64,000 nucleotides of DNA, from the NCBI GenBank assembly GCA_001642005.1, contig LWCA01000045.1, positions 4,422 through 68,421 on the forward strand, written 5' to 3'. Both the position numbers and the translations under genes were made by a program. Shown in pieces: positions 11,679-39,900 of the stretch; within the stretch, counting starts at the first letter, position 1; every line of letters begins with the position of its first letter. The notes beneath the pieces are model-generated. The model was not told the DNA's origin and searched no databases. It saw only the letters and a list, made by a program, of their open reading frames with translations. The DNA is from Intoshia linei (lineage: Eukaryota; Animalia; Orthonectida).

Positions 11679-14600
11679 ATGCGTAACGCCTGCATAATAT
11701 GTTGTGAATCATTTCTGCGTGGTGATAGTGATGCCTTGACCGCATTATCTTGCGGACATGTATTTCACATAAAATGTGCAGACATGTGGTTCATGTCACA
11801 AAATCATTTAGGAACTTATCCGAAAGCTAGAACCTGTCCAAATTGCAGAACGCCCGTTGACACTAAAAGAATAATTGAAAAGTTGTATTTTGAATTTGCA
11901 GATAATACTTTATTTGAAAAAGTTACGGACAATGTTGATATGAACGTATCTTTAAAAGAAAATGAAGATATTGACGAGCAACCTTGTTCAAGTGATTCAC
12001 TACATGAAAATATTACTCAGTATAGCAAAAAAAGTAGCATGAAAGAATTTATCGAAAACACTACGGCTTCCATTGATTCGTTGGTAAGTCGTTTAAAAAA
12101 AAGCAAATTGGAAACTCTTTTGTATAAACAACAATTGGATATAATGAAATTAAAATTGGATACATATAAAGGTAGTGGAAAGCTTATTAATTGTTTACAA
12201 AAAGACTGTCTTAGACTTAAAAGAAATAATCTTGCGTTTACCCACATAAAAAGAATTATGGGTAATTAATTATACTTTATATATTATTTAAAAATTATTT
12301 TATGACATCATCCGAACTTATATAAAAGATTACGCGATTTTTGTTTGTGTGTGTTTGTCTGTGTGTTATGCTTTATTTAAATAACTACCGTATTAAAATT
12401 TTTTAAAGACCACATTTCAATTACAGTTTTTTTTGGGACGTATATTAAGATAAATTTCACATCCTACAGGTCAAAAACCCCAGTTGTCCCTTTTTGTTAA
12501 AATCAAACAAATTGGAGAATTTAAAAAAATACGCTGATGCGGATTTTAAAATCATAAACATTATCATAAATTTAATCTTAATAAAATTATATCTTCAGGG
12601 TCAAATTCCATTCCTTTTTTTTGAAAACAGCCCTAGGATTTCAAAAAATTTACATGTTTTACAGTTGTATCCTGTTAACACACACAGAAAATTTCAATCC
12701 GAATAAGTGACGACTTCACGGTCAAAAAAGCATTTTAGTATTCATATATTTTTTTTCCGAAATATTTTATTAAAACAAAAAATGTGAAATAATTAACGGT
12801 CCGAAAATTAAAAAAAAAAAATAATTCTGATAGAGCTTATTCCAGTTGATATAAATATAAATTTTCAACCCCAGAAATTTACGCATTTCCGGTGAAAAAT
12901 AATTTTTAATATATTATCAACCAATATATTTCAAATATTTCGATTAAATTCAAAAATTAAAATTGTAAAATGATCTTACAATTTCAAAAAAAATGTAAAT
13001 TGAACGTTTACAAATTTCTAATAAAGAAATATGGGTGAAATCTATATAATTCATTCCTTCGGAATTTTTTCATTGCTACGCAATTTTTAAATTTCAAATT
13101 TTCATTTTCAAAACATTTTTTATAATCTTCAAATTTTAACATTACAGCAACGAATTTAATTATAATTAATAATTAACAATGAGTCTAACATAATGAAATT
13201 ATAGTTACAACCCTCAAAAGTGTCATAATTAACATTAATCCAAGAAAAAATAAAATTTAAATACTTGTAGTACATAATTTTTTCTTCTATCATTCATTTC
13301 GGGTTAAGCAATGTCATCAACATTGAAATAAATCTCAAAGTTATTAAGTTGATTCTAAACTTTGAAAGTTTTAAAAATAAGAAATTACTTAGCAATGATT
13401 AAAAAAACCCTGAAGAATTCAATTTTATATACGTGAAGGGTCCGCGCGAAAACCTAAAAACTAAAATAGGGTACATTTTTTACTGGTCTTTTTATAAAAA
13501 CTTTTTTTTTATTTTCTAGGTTTTTCAAGTGGATTCTTGAACATGGAATGGGAATTTGGTGAAATCGATGATTTTTTGATAAACATCCTTAATTATGCTT
13601 ATTAAATATGTACATTAGGGCTATTTTATTTTTTTAATATAAAAATGACATGTATAGAAAATGAGTACTGCTTAATTTGCTGCAGAATGATATTAATATT
13701 TTTAGTTTTTATCCAAAAAAACGCCCGTCTTGAAGTTTAAAATTTTCATTTGATGATTTCTCAGTTAGTTTATTGAAAATTTTAATAATCCGTTGTCGTG
13801 TTAATATATTTAAATAATAATTTTTAATTATCTTAATCATTATCATAAAATGTCGAATATTGAAATTATTTTATCATTTGAAAGTTTACAAGAAATGTCC
13901 GAAATATTTTCATATTTTGTTGAATTAAATTGAAATTAATATTTTGGTAAAATTATTATTCTATATATTATTCTTATTATATATTTATTCGAAAAGCGGT
14001 ATAATGACAATTGAACCTTGTGAAAGATCGTTTTCGACATTAATTAATGTTAGTAACTTAACTATTAAAGTTGAAAATATATGTTCAAAAACTATAAACA
14101 AATTTAATTCATATTTGTTTGTTAAATTCAATTTAAATTTAGGCAATATTTATAAAAATGAATGCCTTAAATAATAAAAGGAGAATTCATAATAATATTG
14201 AAATCGCTATGTATATATTGCTATTAGTTATTCGCGATTTTTTGAACAAATTTTGCTACTATTTTTGTCAAAAAATCGAGAATAACCTGTAGTTTAAATC
14301 TAAAAACTTGTAAAATTCCAATTCAACATTATCATTTTGTAACTAAGTAATATGAGTACGTTTTTAATCTGGCAGCTATAACTTATGTAAAAAATAGTTA
14401 AGATAAAGTGGCCAGAAAAATACGTACTATAACTTTTAGTATATTTGAGGCTAAATGTAAAGCCAAAACTACTTATCTATGATGACGAATAAAAATTGTC
14501 GGCTTAAAATTTATTCCAAATAAACTAAAAGTTATAGTACGTATTTTTCTGGCCACTTTAGTTAAGAAAAATAAATAGTATCTCCGGTAATAGAATATTC

Positions 14601-15822
14601 ACAAAAGTAAGGAATTAAATTTTATCATTTTTAAATTCGTTTTACTCTTAATATTATAAACTTAACAAAATTATTTTTTTACAATAGTACTTAAAGAATA
14701 TTTGAGTTGGAGCGTTTAAAATATTTTGACCCAATTTATATAAATTCATGTGTTTTTTTGAAATTATATAATTTTTTTTAAAAAATGACGAACAGTTTAT
14801 CCGTGAACTGTCTAAAATAAACGATTTTTTATTGATTTTTTTTAGTTAATATGATTAGTGTCACATGATTTATGTTATTTTTTAAAATTATAACAAATGA
14901 AAAATGTTAGGAAAATAGAGAAAGGTAAAGACGAGGGGGTTATTTTTGACGAAAATAAAAAAAATTTATATCATTCTGCAGCAAATTAAATGGAGATTAA
15001 CTATATATGTATTTTTTAAATTTCAAAAAAAGTCTAAATTGGAATAGTCATAATGTACATTGTACAATGTACAATATGTGAATATCTGATTTACATCTTA
15101 ATGTATTATCTTTAGATGAAAATGTCGATATTGATAAGGTAATAGATATAATGAAAAAATTAGGAAATATGCCTACTTTTATCCGTGCCATGCATGCAAG
15201 TTTTTTAAATTTTAAAAAGGAAACTTTACAAACACATGCTGAAAATAAACGATTAAGAGAATTTCACCAAAAACAACTTCGAAAGGAGTCATTACCAAAT
15301 GATACGCCAATAATAAAACCAGATGCAGAGTTTAAAAGTTACAAGAGTTTTTCAAATGTATTGACGGACGTTCAGCACTATTTAAACAAATGTGGTAAAA
15401 AAAGCAATCCCATCTTACCAGATATTAAAAAACAACCGACGCTGACTGATTATGAAAATAATATTTTATCCAACCAAAAACCAAAATATTTGTTTAAAAA
15501 AAACTCTAATATTAAGAGAGCTAGACTTGATCAAAATTCTAAACCTAGTTTTTCTGGTGAACCTTTTTCATTGGATTCTAGTGATCTAAATATTGAAATC
15601 AACCTACAATCGCCTATACATGGACCTAATATTGAATCAAAAATAATTCCTTGTCAATACAACACTGAAGACTATACTAAAAGCTTATATAACGATGGTA
15701 TTAAAGACTTTTATGAAAAATATTTGATAGATTCTAATTCTTATGAAAATGATGCACCTAAACCAAGCACTGATAAACCCCTGCCGTTGAATGAATTTAA
15801 CGATAATGCTGCGACTAAATAA
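11679..15822 (+). CDS. TRAIP: E3 ubiquitin ligase TRAIP (RING + coiled coil); exons 11679-12261 and 15116-15822, 429 aa
   Basis: N-terminal RING CIIC..CGHVFHIKC..W..RTCPNCR..IIEKLYF matches TRAIP/NOPO; phase-1 GT-AG splice joins the two ORFs in frame (IM-D-ENVDIDKVIDIMKK). Confidence 0.85.
12311..13120 (+). mobile_element. Helitron copy 2 (5' part), in TRAIP intron
   Basis: Collinear with 46393-47230. Confidence 0.85.
13616..15052 (+). mobile_element. Non-autonomous hAT (TAGGG termini, hATm-like), in TRAIP intron
   Basis: TAGGGCTATT...GGAATAGTCATA; perfect TSD ATGTACAT; residual PCERSFSTL hAT C-terminal motif; ends shared with 52978-57292. Confidence 0.85.
14404..14560. mobile_element. Small foldback MITE
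   Basis: Perfect ~37-bp inverted repeat TAAAGTGGCCAGAAAAATACGTACTATAACTTTTAGT flanked by direct repeat GTTAAGA. Confidence 0.85.
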
Positions 15823-16105
15823 TCTGATTCTACGAACCCCAAAATGTGTGAATTAACTGATAATACAGAATCTCATTTAAAACGTTCTCGATTTCCGTTT
15901 TATTTACATGTGCCTTTTTGAATAATTTAAAATATAACATACTAAATTTCTCAAAAGTATGTTTCATTTGTAAATGTATATTTAATCATTATTCCTGTAC
16001 GTATTTGTATTATAGTAGTTCAAATAATTTATTAATAAAGTTTCTAATTAAATATACTTTAACTGTCAGATTTTTATAAAACTGTCCTATTGTTATTTCG
16101 TATAA

Positions 16106-31171
<15,066 letters not shown>

Positions 31172-31512
31172 ATCTCTATAAATGTTAATTTAACCTTGTT
31201 GTAATTTGACTTAGTTTATTAAATATTGATATGTTACATAAGTGTCGTATTATTAATGGCATATGGAGCAATTTGCAATCCCTGATTTTTATTTCAAAAT
31301 TACCTTATTTTATATGTTATCAGTGATAACTTATCAAAGAACCATTGCCACCCAAATCGAGTTTTCATTTTAAAAATACCTAGGAGTCATAGGTCCTAGG
31401 CTAGGACTTATTATAATTATAATACGTTAAGTAAAATATTAATATATTTTATTTACACATCCAACATATATTTACCATAAATTGTAGACTATGTAACAAC
31501 AATATTTCGTAT

Positions 31513-32295
31513 TTAGTGCATGATATATATGTATTCTTGACTATATTCATCTTTTTTCCAATTTCTCATGTATTTATTGAAAAATGCAGGATTTTGTGTC
31601 ATTTTGTATACTGGCCTTCTTAAATGATTTATACGCTAAATTGTAATATAACAAAGATATATTTCAGAAAATTTTTGATAAAAATTATGCAGCGGTGCAG
31701 TGTAATAAAACATTTATTTGGAAATTTTAATTTCATCGTGAAAAGTTCACTCTTAATATAATTTAAAGATTCATTTTTATTTTCTTAAACCCTATTATAA
31801 TTTTTTATTTTTAATTACGTCTGACAATGATCCTTTTTCTCGATAAATTTGATATACCATCATGCAGGGTATAATCATTATAATTGAAAATCCAATAATC
31901 CATCCTAACACTATTGACCAGACGGGATACATATTTCCAGCATAAGTTATATTTTTATATCCCATGATGATCATGATAAGCAATGTCTATATTAATATTT
32001 ATTAAATATGTTAATAGTCATTAAAGTAATTGAGATTATAGTGATCTCAAAGCCCAAGCAATGAAAATTTGAAAAAGTGTTGAAAAATCATTGGGTCATG
32101 AAAATGTTTACTTTTATTCTTCGGTTTACCAGGGTCTGTATATTGTAACTTGGATCCATGATGAAAAAATTACGAGTGAAAATATTGGTGCAAAAACGAT
32201 CATTCCACATTTTAAATAAAAAACAATGTATCTGTATGCACAATTGTCAGAATAGCCAATCATGAGATGTATCTTTCCAAAATATCGATTCACTC
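31513..32295 (-). CDS. SLC6 sodium:neurotransmitter symporter, last three exons only (TM11, TM12, C-tail)
   Basis: GVNRYFGKIHLMIGY..YLKCGMIVFAP; ITYAGNMYPVWSIVLGWIIGFSIIMIIP..GSLSD; RINHLRRP..MH* (31635-31513); 5' exons not found in the window. Confidence 0.85.
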
Positions 32296-32494
32296 CTAAT
32301 GTTAATATATTAATATTAAAAGTTATATAATTGGATAGAACCAATTGCGATCTGCTACTTTATTTTATCGTCCATTTACAGTATATGATTTACTTATGAA
32401 ATTTTAACAGAAATTTGGTAAACAATGTAGTTATTATAATGTAAATGACACTTGGAAAAATATTACAAATTAATTAATTATTTGTTAAAAGTAT

Positions 32495-33018
32495 TTTCAA
32501 AGGATTGTAATAAATATAAAAATGAAAATAACAAAGTTGTATCACTTTTAGTAATGGTTGTAGTTTTAATTTAAATTTTATGCATAATGTTTTAAAATTG
32601 AGAATTTCATATTTAAAAATTGCGTAACAATAAAAAAAATTCCAAAGGAATGAATTATATAGATTTTCACCGATATTTCTTTATTGGAAATGTGTAGACG
32701 TACAATGCACATTTTTTTTGAAATTGTAGAATCAATATTTACATTTTCAATTTTTGATTTTAATCGAAATATTTGAAAAATATTAATTCATAATAGCTTA
32801 AAAATTATTTTTCACCGGCAATGCGTAGATCTGGGGTTAAAATTTTGTATTTATATCACCTGGAATAAGCTCTATAAGAATATTTTTTTTTAATTTTCGA
32901 ATCGTTAATTATTTCACATTTTTTGTTTTAATAAAATATTTCGGAAAAAAAATATATGAATACTAAAATNAATTTTATAAAGTCCAAATTTCAATTACAG
33001 TTTTTTCCGGGGTGTTAG
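32495..33018 (-). mobile_element. Helitron fragments around contig join n at 32970
   Basis: Internal family sequence on the minus strand up to the n, then a short plus-strand piece. Confidence 0.8.
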
Positions 33019-33060
33019 CAGGTTATACTGTATATTTATTATTTTACATTTTATTTAAAA

Positions 33061-33597
33061 TCATACATTAAATAATGGTATTAAAAATAAAATAAAAAGT
33101 AAAAAGACGTATAAATGAGATTGAAAAAGTGGTGCAGAATTGCAACCGTCTTGATTATTACAAATACAGGTAAACATGATGAGACCATAATTATGAAAAA
33201 TACAAGTTCTCCCTTCATTTAATCCAATGTCATCCTTTCGGCTACAATTTCGAATATACCGTACTTCCCTAGCGGTAACGTCAACTTGGATAACTTTGAC
33301 ACAAATATCGTCGAGATTGACACATGGCATCAACGGATATGTGACGTTGTCAAAATAATCTGCACAGCCTCTATCAAAATTTGAATCACAATTGTAACAT
33401 TTTATTATAGATTTCTTTAAATATTTTTTCCTGGAAATATCATAGTTATCAACTGAATTATAATGAGGTGAATCTTGCAACGATAATATGGCATCAGAAA
33501 TATTTTTAAAGTTTTTTATAGAATTTCTATTACTATTTTCGAGAAATTGTCTGCTCCACATTCTGCCAAGTATAATTAATAAAAAAAATTTTATCAT
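33061..33597 (-). CDS. Ly6/uPAR three-finger protein (quiver/sleepless-like), GPI-anchored, single exon, 178 aa
   Basis: Signal peptide MIKFFLLIILG; IKCYNCDS..C..C..C.K..YIRNC..C..CIC..DGCNSA (10 Cys); hydrophobic C-terminal tail. Confidence 0.9.
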   Translation of the reverse strand: MIKFFLLIILGRMWSRQFLENSNRNSIKNFKNISDAILSLQDSPHYNSVDNYDISRKKYLKKSIIKCYNCDSNFDRGCADYFDNVTYPLMPCVNLDDICVKVIQVDVTAREVRYIRNCSRKDDIGLNEGRTCIFHNYGLIMFTCICNNQDGCNSAPLFQSHLYVFLLFILFLIPLFNV

Positions 33598-33921
33598 ATT
33601 TTCACAGTTCACTGAACATTTCTATAGATCCCAAAATGATCTCACCATTAACAATTACATTATTTATTTATAATGTTTAATTAAATAACGTTTGATAAAT
33701 CTTATACATAAAAATGGAGAGCTTTTTTTCGTGTGATCACGTAATTTGTCTGTGTAAATTACAAAAATAAATCGTTGATATGAAATTCTAAGTGTCTTAA
33801 TTTTTTTATTTATAAATCAGCGAAGCAAGATCTATCATTGGTTAAAATAAATAAAAAAAATTAATTTAATTAATTTAAATTAATTTGTAGAAATTTACCT
33901 TTTCATTTATATGTAGATATG

Positions 33922-35055
33922 AAAGTTTCAACAATTTTGCAAAACAATAAATATAATTATTTATTGATATATTAACATGTAAATATATATTATATTCTAT
34001 ACATCTATCAAATTTTTATTATTCATCATTACCTCGTACAATTTTGAATTAAATGATTTATGTAGACTTATAATCATGTTTTTTTCCTTTAAAATGATTT
34101 CCTGGACAATATGAGATATTTTTTGCCATACATGCATTTTCGAATTAAATTGTGAACCATCATATCGCTAATTCTTTATAATTGACCATAGATTTTCTAT
34201 TTGGGATATATCAGAAGAATAATGAGGCCAACATAATAATTTTATTGATTCAGCAGCAAACCTTTCCCTTCTTTTTTTGCTCACATGAGGTCTACCATTA
34301 TCTTGTTGAAAGACAAAGCCAGTAACTGTTACTTAGTTAAATAAATGCATCTTCAAATAAAATTTTTTTATAATAATCGCTATTTACAGTATGGTCCAAT
34401 TTCCTAATAATAAGTTTCCCGCAAGATGTTAAAAAACCCCAAATCATTATGGAACCACCTGAAAATGCACTTTTTCGGAGTTTGAATGGATTCTACGACA
34501 TGAGATTATTACTTCCATCTAAAGAAAATCTACATTAATCCGAAAAACTATTTTATCGATATCAACACCATCAAAAAAAGGTTGCGTACAAAATAAAGGC
34601 GGAAATTCCTTTGTGCATCAGTCAATGTCAGTTTTTCCAATGAACGTCGATACTTAAAACCGATATCATTAAGGTTCCTGCAAATAGTTGCTCTTGAATT
34701 AGTACATCCCATACGGGCAGCAACGGATGTGGATGTACCAACCCTTCCAGATTTTTGCATTGCATCATCAGACTTTTTAATTGCTTTTTGAATTTTTTTT
34801 AAAGTTGTAATTCGCTTCGATTTGATTCATCTTTCTTTATTTGAAATGTTATACATTATTCTAGGGAAACCTTGCGGGTTTTGCGATATTTGCCCTTTTG
34901 ATACCATCCTTCAATCCTTCAAATCTTTTTCTATTAATTTTGCAATATTATTTGACAGTGTCATTTGGGATAATGAAAACAGTTTAAAAACAATTATTTG
35001 TCAAGAAATACGAGTTTATTATGTATTCGATAGTTTTGCAAAATTGGTGAGACCG
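33922..35055 (-). mobile_element. Degenerate Tc1 element
   Basis: Inverted ends CAATTTTGCAAAAC; SRATICRNL..GFKY, FSD*CRFSLDG, SIMI*G, VFQQDNGRPHVS, WPHYSSDISQIENLWS. Confidence 0.85.
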
Positions 35056-35138
35056 TATCACCAATCTCGTCTTCTCATTGAGACGTGCAAAATAACTAAA
35101 TATTTAAAAAATTCAATTTCTACGACTTTTTTCAGATA

Positions 35139-35348
35139 CAGTCAAAATCTCATTTAACGAAAATGGCAAAAAGTTAAAATGGCATATTCATTAAATTCAT
35201 TTAACGAAAATATCAAAAATGTAAAAATAACCATAGATCACGATCAATGTATTTATATTGACTTATAATATTAACAGAGTTTATCAATTTTTCGACGTTA
35301 AATAAAATATTCGTTAAACAAAACATTCGTTAAATGAGATTTTGACTG
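35139..35348. mobile_element. pogo/Tigger-type MITE
   Basis: Perfect TIR CAGTCAAAATCTCATTTAACGAA with TA TSD. Confidence 0.9.
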
Positions 35349-35445
35349 TATTAATAAATTATATTATAAAATTATCAATCCAGTAATAGATCAATAAATC
35401 AATCAATAATCAATATTTATTAAATATAAACAATATATGCAAACA

Positions 35446-38400
35446 TTAAATTTGCTGAATAATGAGTTTTCGATCATTATCATATGTAAACTTGTTATCT
35501 TGAAAAATTTTTGATTTATAAAACTCCAACACATTTGATATATTAAATTGGCGGACCTAAAAATAGATAATATTATAAATAAAAGTGAATAATTATATTT
35601 TAAAATTTCTAGAAAGATGAATTGTTAAATGCTTTTTTTGTAAAACATTTCTAAATAAATTTTTTCTGAAGTAAAAATTCTATTAGCCATAATTTTGTTA
35701 AATGTTATAATTTAATTTTTATGGGTAAACAAATTATGTGTGGTAACTGGAGATAACTATATGAACTTTTATTTTAAATTCTAGGACAATTTTCATTTTT
35801 TAAAAAAGGGTAATTTGTTGTTTTGGCTATGAAGATATAATTTTAATAATATATTTTTGAAATTGAAAATTATGATGGTGTTTATGATTTTAAAATCTGT
35901 ATCAGACAGAACGAAACTTTTTTGAACCATGGCCTGAAAAAGGTTGAGAACCGCTGAGTTATAGGACTCGTGTGATTGTTAATATTAATTTTTAAAAAAA
36001 GGATAATTGAGGTTTTTTGCCGGTAAGATGTAAGTTTCTGAGATTAAAATTAATCTTAAATTTCTCCCCGGAAAAAAGTGAATTTGAATGTGTTTTTTTA
36101 AATTTTAGCATTCTTAGTCATTGAAATAAACGATAACACACACACAAAAAAAGTTAAGATTAAATAACTTACTTAATTTTTATGTATAGTAAGAATAACA
36201 AAAGTTGTAGGCTTTTGAAAAAATTTTATATCTTTAAATTGAGTAAAAAAACTATGCAAATTGGATTCAAAATAACCCTAAAAACTCACTAACCACTTAA
36301 AATTAAATCTTAATTGACTAATTAATATACCTTAGATCAGTGATTACTAAAGGCGGTGCATCATATAAAATTAAAATAAACACATTTTTTTCATTTTTGG
36401 AAGTATTTTTTATAAAACCGGGTAATTGTCACGTTAAAATTTTACAGAGAAGAGTATTCACTTTTCCAAGTCAGTTTAATGTAATTTAAGTTTGGGACAC
36501 TAGGGTGTCACATTTTTTTGAAATTTTGAGCGTTTGATGGGCAATTAGCACTAAATGTATATGTTTAAAATAGAAAAACAATTTCGTAATCAAATGCATT
36601 TAACGTAATCTATTCGAGTTGCGTTTATCATTTTAAATTGATCATATCAAGTTTAAATGATTTTAATGATATGACACATCCATTATTATGGGGTTATTAT
36701 GTTGAAGCCCGTTTTATCTTATGTATATTAATTTTTAAATTTTGATAAATGCTGATTAAGTATAAATCATTTATTTTGGGTGATGAGAAATGGTTAAAAA
36801 CCCCCATTTAGAAACCGCTGTTCTAAATCAAATGTAGCACAAAAACAGAAAAACATTAAAGCAAAATACTGGCAATATAAAAAAACCTTTTCAACAAATT
36901 CTCTAGCAGAAACTTGAACAAACTCTAAAATATCCTCATTAGCATTAATAGTAGAATGTTTAAAATTGTACTCTTCAGTGCACATTTGTTTAAGAACAAA
37001 AATCAATAGTTCATTATAATCTTTTTGGAAATTAAGTTGTCGCGAAAAAACCTTTCGCATCGATCGCATCACACTAAACTTTTGAGTCGAAATAAAACTA
37101 TTGAGAACTAATCTAATGGCTAAATTAACGTCATTATCATTAACATATTGACGCAAGTGCATTCGAGCATTGGCTTCAGAAATTCTAATTAAAGATTCAA
37201 TGTGTCTGACTGTAATGGGAATGCTGCCAGTTTCAATAGATTGACGTCGAAGTTGCGAGTATACCTTTGAAATTTTATCCTTATTAATACCGGTGAGTTT
37301 GGGGAAAATCTTTTCTCGAGCAAAAATTATATACTTTTTTAATAAAGATTGACTGATCCGAACATTCTCAGATTCACTGGGATCGGTATTGGAATTGTTA
37401 GATTGGTCGTTATGAGGGTGATGTTTTACGTGAGATTTTACGATAAATTTGGCCATATTTTCATCTTGCACGCTATCGACAATATCTCTGACTACACACA
37501 AAATATCAAATCGAGAAAGGATTGGTTCAGTCAAGTCGACATTGTTTCTGAATGTCATGGATTGATTGTATCTACCATTAATCGGATTAGCTGCAGCAAT
37601 AACGGCACACCGCGCGCGCAGAGACGTCACTATTCCTGCTTTAGAAATGGAAATGCTTTGTTGTTCCATAGCTTCATGAATACTCGTTCGGTCCTGGTCA
37701 CTCATTTTGTCAAATTCGTCAATTAGACAGTGTCCCTTGTCAGCAAACACCAATGCACCTGCTTCAATAGACCAAGTTTGAGATACTGCATTTTTTTGAA
37801 CACTAGCCGTTAAACCTACAGCAGAGGCTCCTTGACCAGTAGTGTAAACAGAACGCGGAGCAACTACTTGTACAAATTTCAAAAACTGTGATTTTGCTGT
37901 ACCAGGATCACCACAAATCAAAATATTAATGTCTCCACGCAATTTATGCTTACCACCCGGGTTTTTCGATTGACCTCCAAACAAAGACATGGCTATAGAT
38001 AGTTTAATATCCTCGTGACCGTAAATAGATGGAGCGATGCTATTAATAATTTTTTGGTGAAATTTTTCGTCTTTTGACAATTTAATAATTTCATTGATAT
38101 CCTCATCAGTCAATGATGAAGCAATCATGGAATTGTCCTTTTTGGAGATGTAATTAGCTTCAATTACTGTAGCAAACACGGGAAACCCTTGTTTCACATT
38201 TAAAGATCCATCGTAATTATTGTGATATACTCCAGTAATCTCAATTTCGTCGCCGGGCTTGCAAAAATCAACTAAATCATCTTCCAATATAATATCCTTA
38301 CATCGTGGTAATCTCCCAGCCGGTACTTTTCCAGGACTCTCTTGAATTCTCAAACGCTGAAAATTTTTGTAAATTGTCTCTTCCATATTTATTTCAAACC

Positions 38401-39406
38401 GTGAACTGGAATGACACTCTGGACATTTATCTGGTTTAATTTCTTTGTCATAATGCTGAGCAAAGGGGCCAATAACATATCTACACAATAAACACGTATA
38501 CCTAACCATTGCCAGTTGTGGCAATATTCCAGTGCACGACGATACTACGCCGCTCGTCCGAACCAATTGATTTAAATGTAAATGCCTCAATGATCTTAAA
38601 TCTTCAATTAAAGGTAGTTCAGATATCCTGACATTAATATCAGGCGTAATTTCAACGTATCGCGGATAAATATTAAAAATCACTTCTTGAGCAGACTCGT
38701 TAAAAATTTTTAACATTTGAGTTGGGGCTTCAGGTAAAAAGTACGCCAAGACTTGTTCTTGGCTAGCTAAATAAGTATAATCAACTACCAAACTTTTTGA
38801 ATTAGTTTCAACCATCTTACGAATAATTTCTCTGTAAAAATAATTACCATTTTCACTTTTATAGGTTCGTAGAAAATTTTTAAATCTATTAAAAATTTCA
38901 GTTCGAGGACCAATCATTGAAACCCAATCACTTACTGAATGACCTTTTAAATCTTCTAAATTGTCAATACTTTCAATTTGTTTGTCAGCTATAATATTGC
39001 CTTGTTTGTCGTCAATTTCATCGTATAATATATTTTTTCGAGTATTTCGATTTGATACTATATCTGTTGCTCGATCTCGATAATTTAACTCTTTTTCAGC
39101 TGAAACTCGCTCAGATATTGACATGTTTGATAGTTCTTCGTCGTCTATTCCTTCTTCACCGTAAGTATCCAGTTCTGGTATTTGTCGGTAGTCTTTTTCC
39201 ATGTTGTCTCCAAATAATTCTATCCCACCTTCTTCTTCGTCCTCGTATTTCGAATCGTCCAAAAATGCTGACCCGTCAAATACTGGCGACGCTAGTTGTT
39301 CTATAGTTTCATCGTCCGTATCAGCCGTTTCGTGTAATAATGAGTATATGTCGTCTTCGTTGTCCTAAATTATTATTTAGGTACATTTTTAGTCTATTAC
39401 GCTCAT
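35446..39406 (-). CDS. MCM2: DNA replication licensing factor MCM2; exons 39406-39401, 39364-36887, 35556-35446; 864 aa
   Basis: Histone-binding [16 protein letters not shown]4 zinc finger, [20 protein letters not shown]; last exon [25 protein letters not shown] matches the MCM2 C-terminus. Confidence 0.97.
35735..36150 (-). mobile_element. Degenerate Helitron 5' part in MCM2 intron 2
   Basis: Similar to 25930-26290. Confidence 0.7.
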
Positions 39407-39900
39407 TTTTTGATTGTCGGAATTTTATTATAAATTTAAATTTATCCTAATTTACCGCTTGAATAAAGTTGTTTGCAAAAATTTAATTTAGCTAAATTTT
39501 GATTAGTTAAGTTAAATGCAATGAAGTTTGAATTGAATCGAATTATATATTTCTTTTTAAAAAATCTTTTCAAAAGATTGCAATGTACAAATTGCAAATT
39601 ACAAATTACAAATTACAAATGCCAGTTAAAATAATTAATAATTGTAGATGAAGTGATCGAAAAGTGGAAAGGTGTATAAACTTTTAGAATCTACATTTGT
39701 AGATTCAAAAAATACAATTTATATTACTCAATTTAAGCGTAAATCAATTACTAAATTTATCTCAGATCGAAATGGCAGCGCAGCACCTGTTAATTAATGT
39801 TGTTTGGCTTAAATCTTGGAATGGACATCTAATTATATTAATAATAATAATTAGATAATTATCCATTTATATTTTACTTGTATTATATATAGTCAATTAT

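Noticed and set aside
37349-39306. Plus-strand ORFs 37349-37726 and 39052-39306
   Set aside because: Antisense shadows of MCM2
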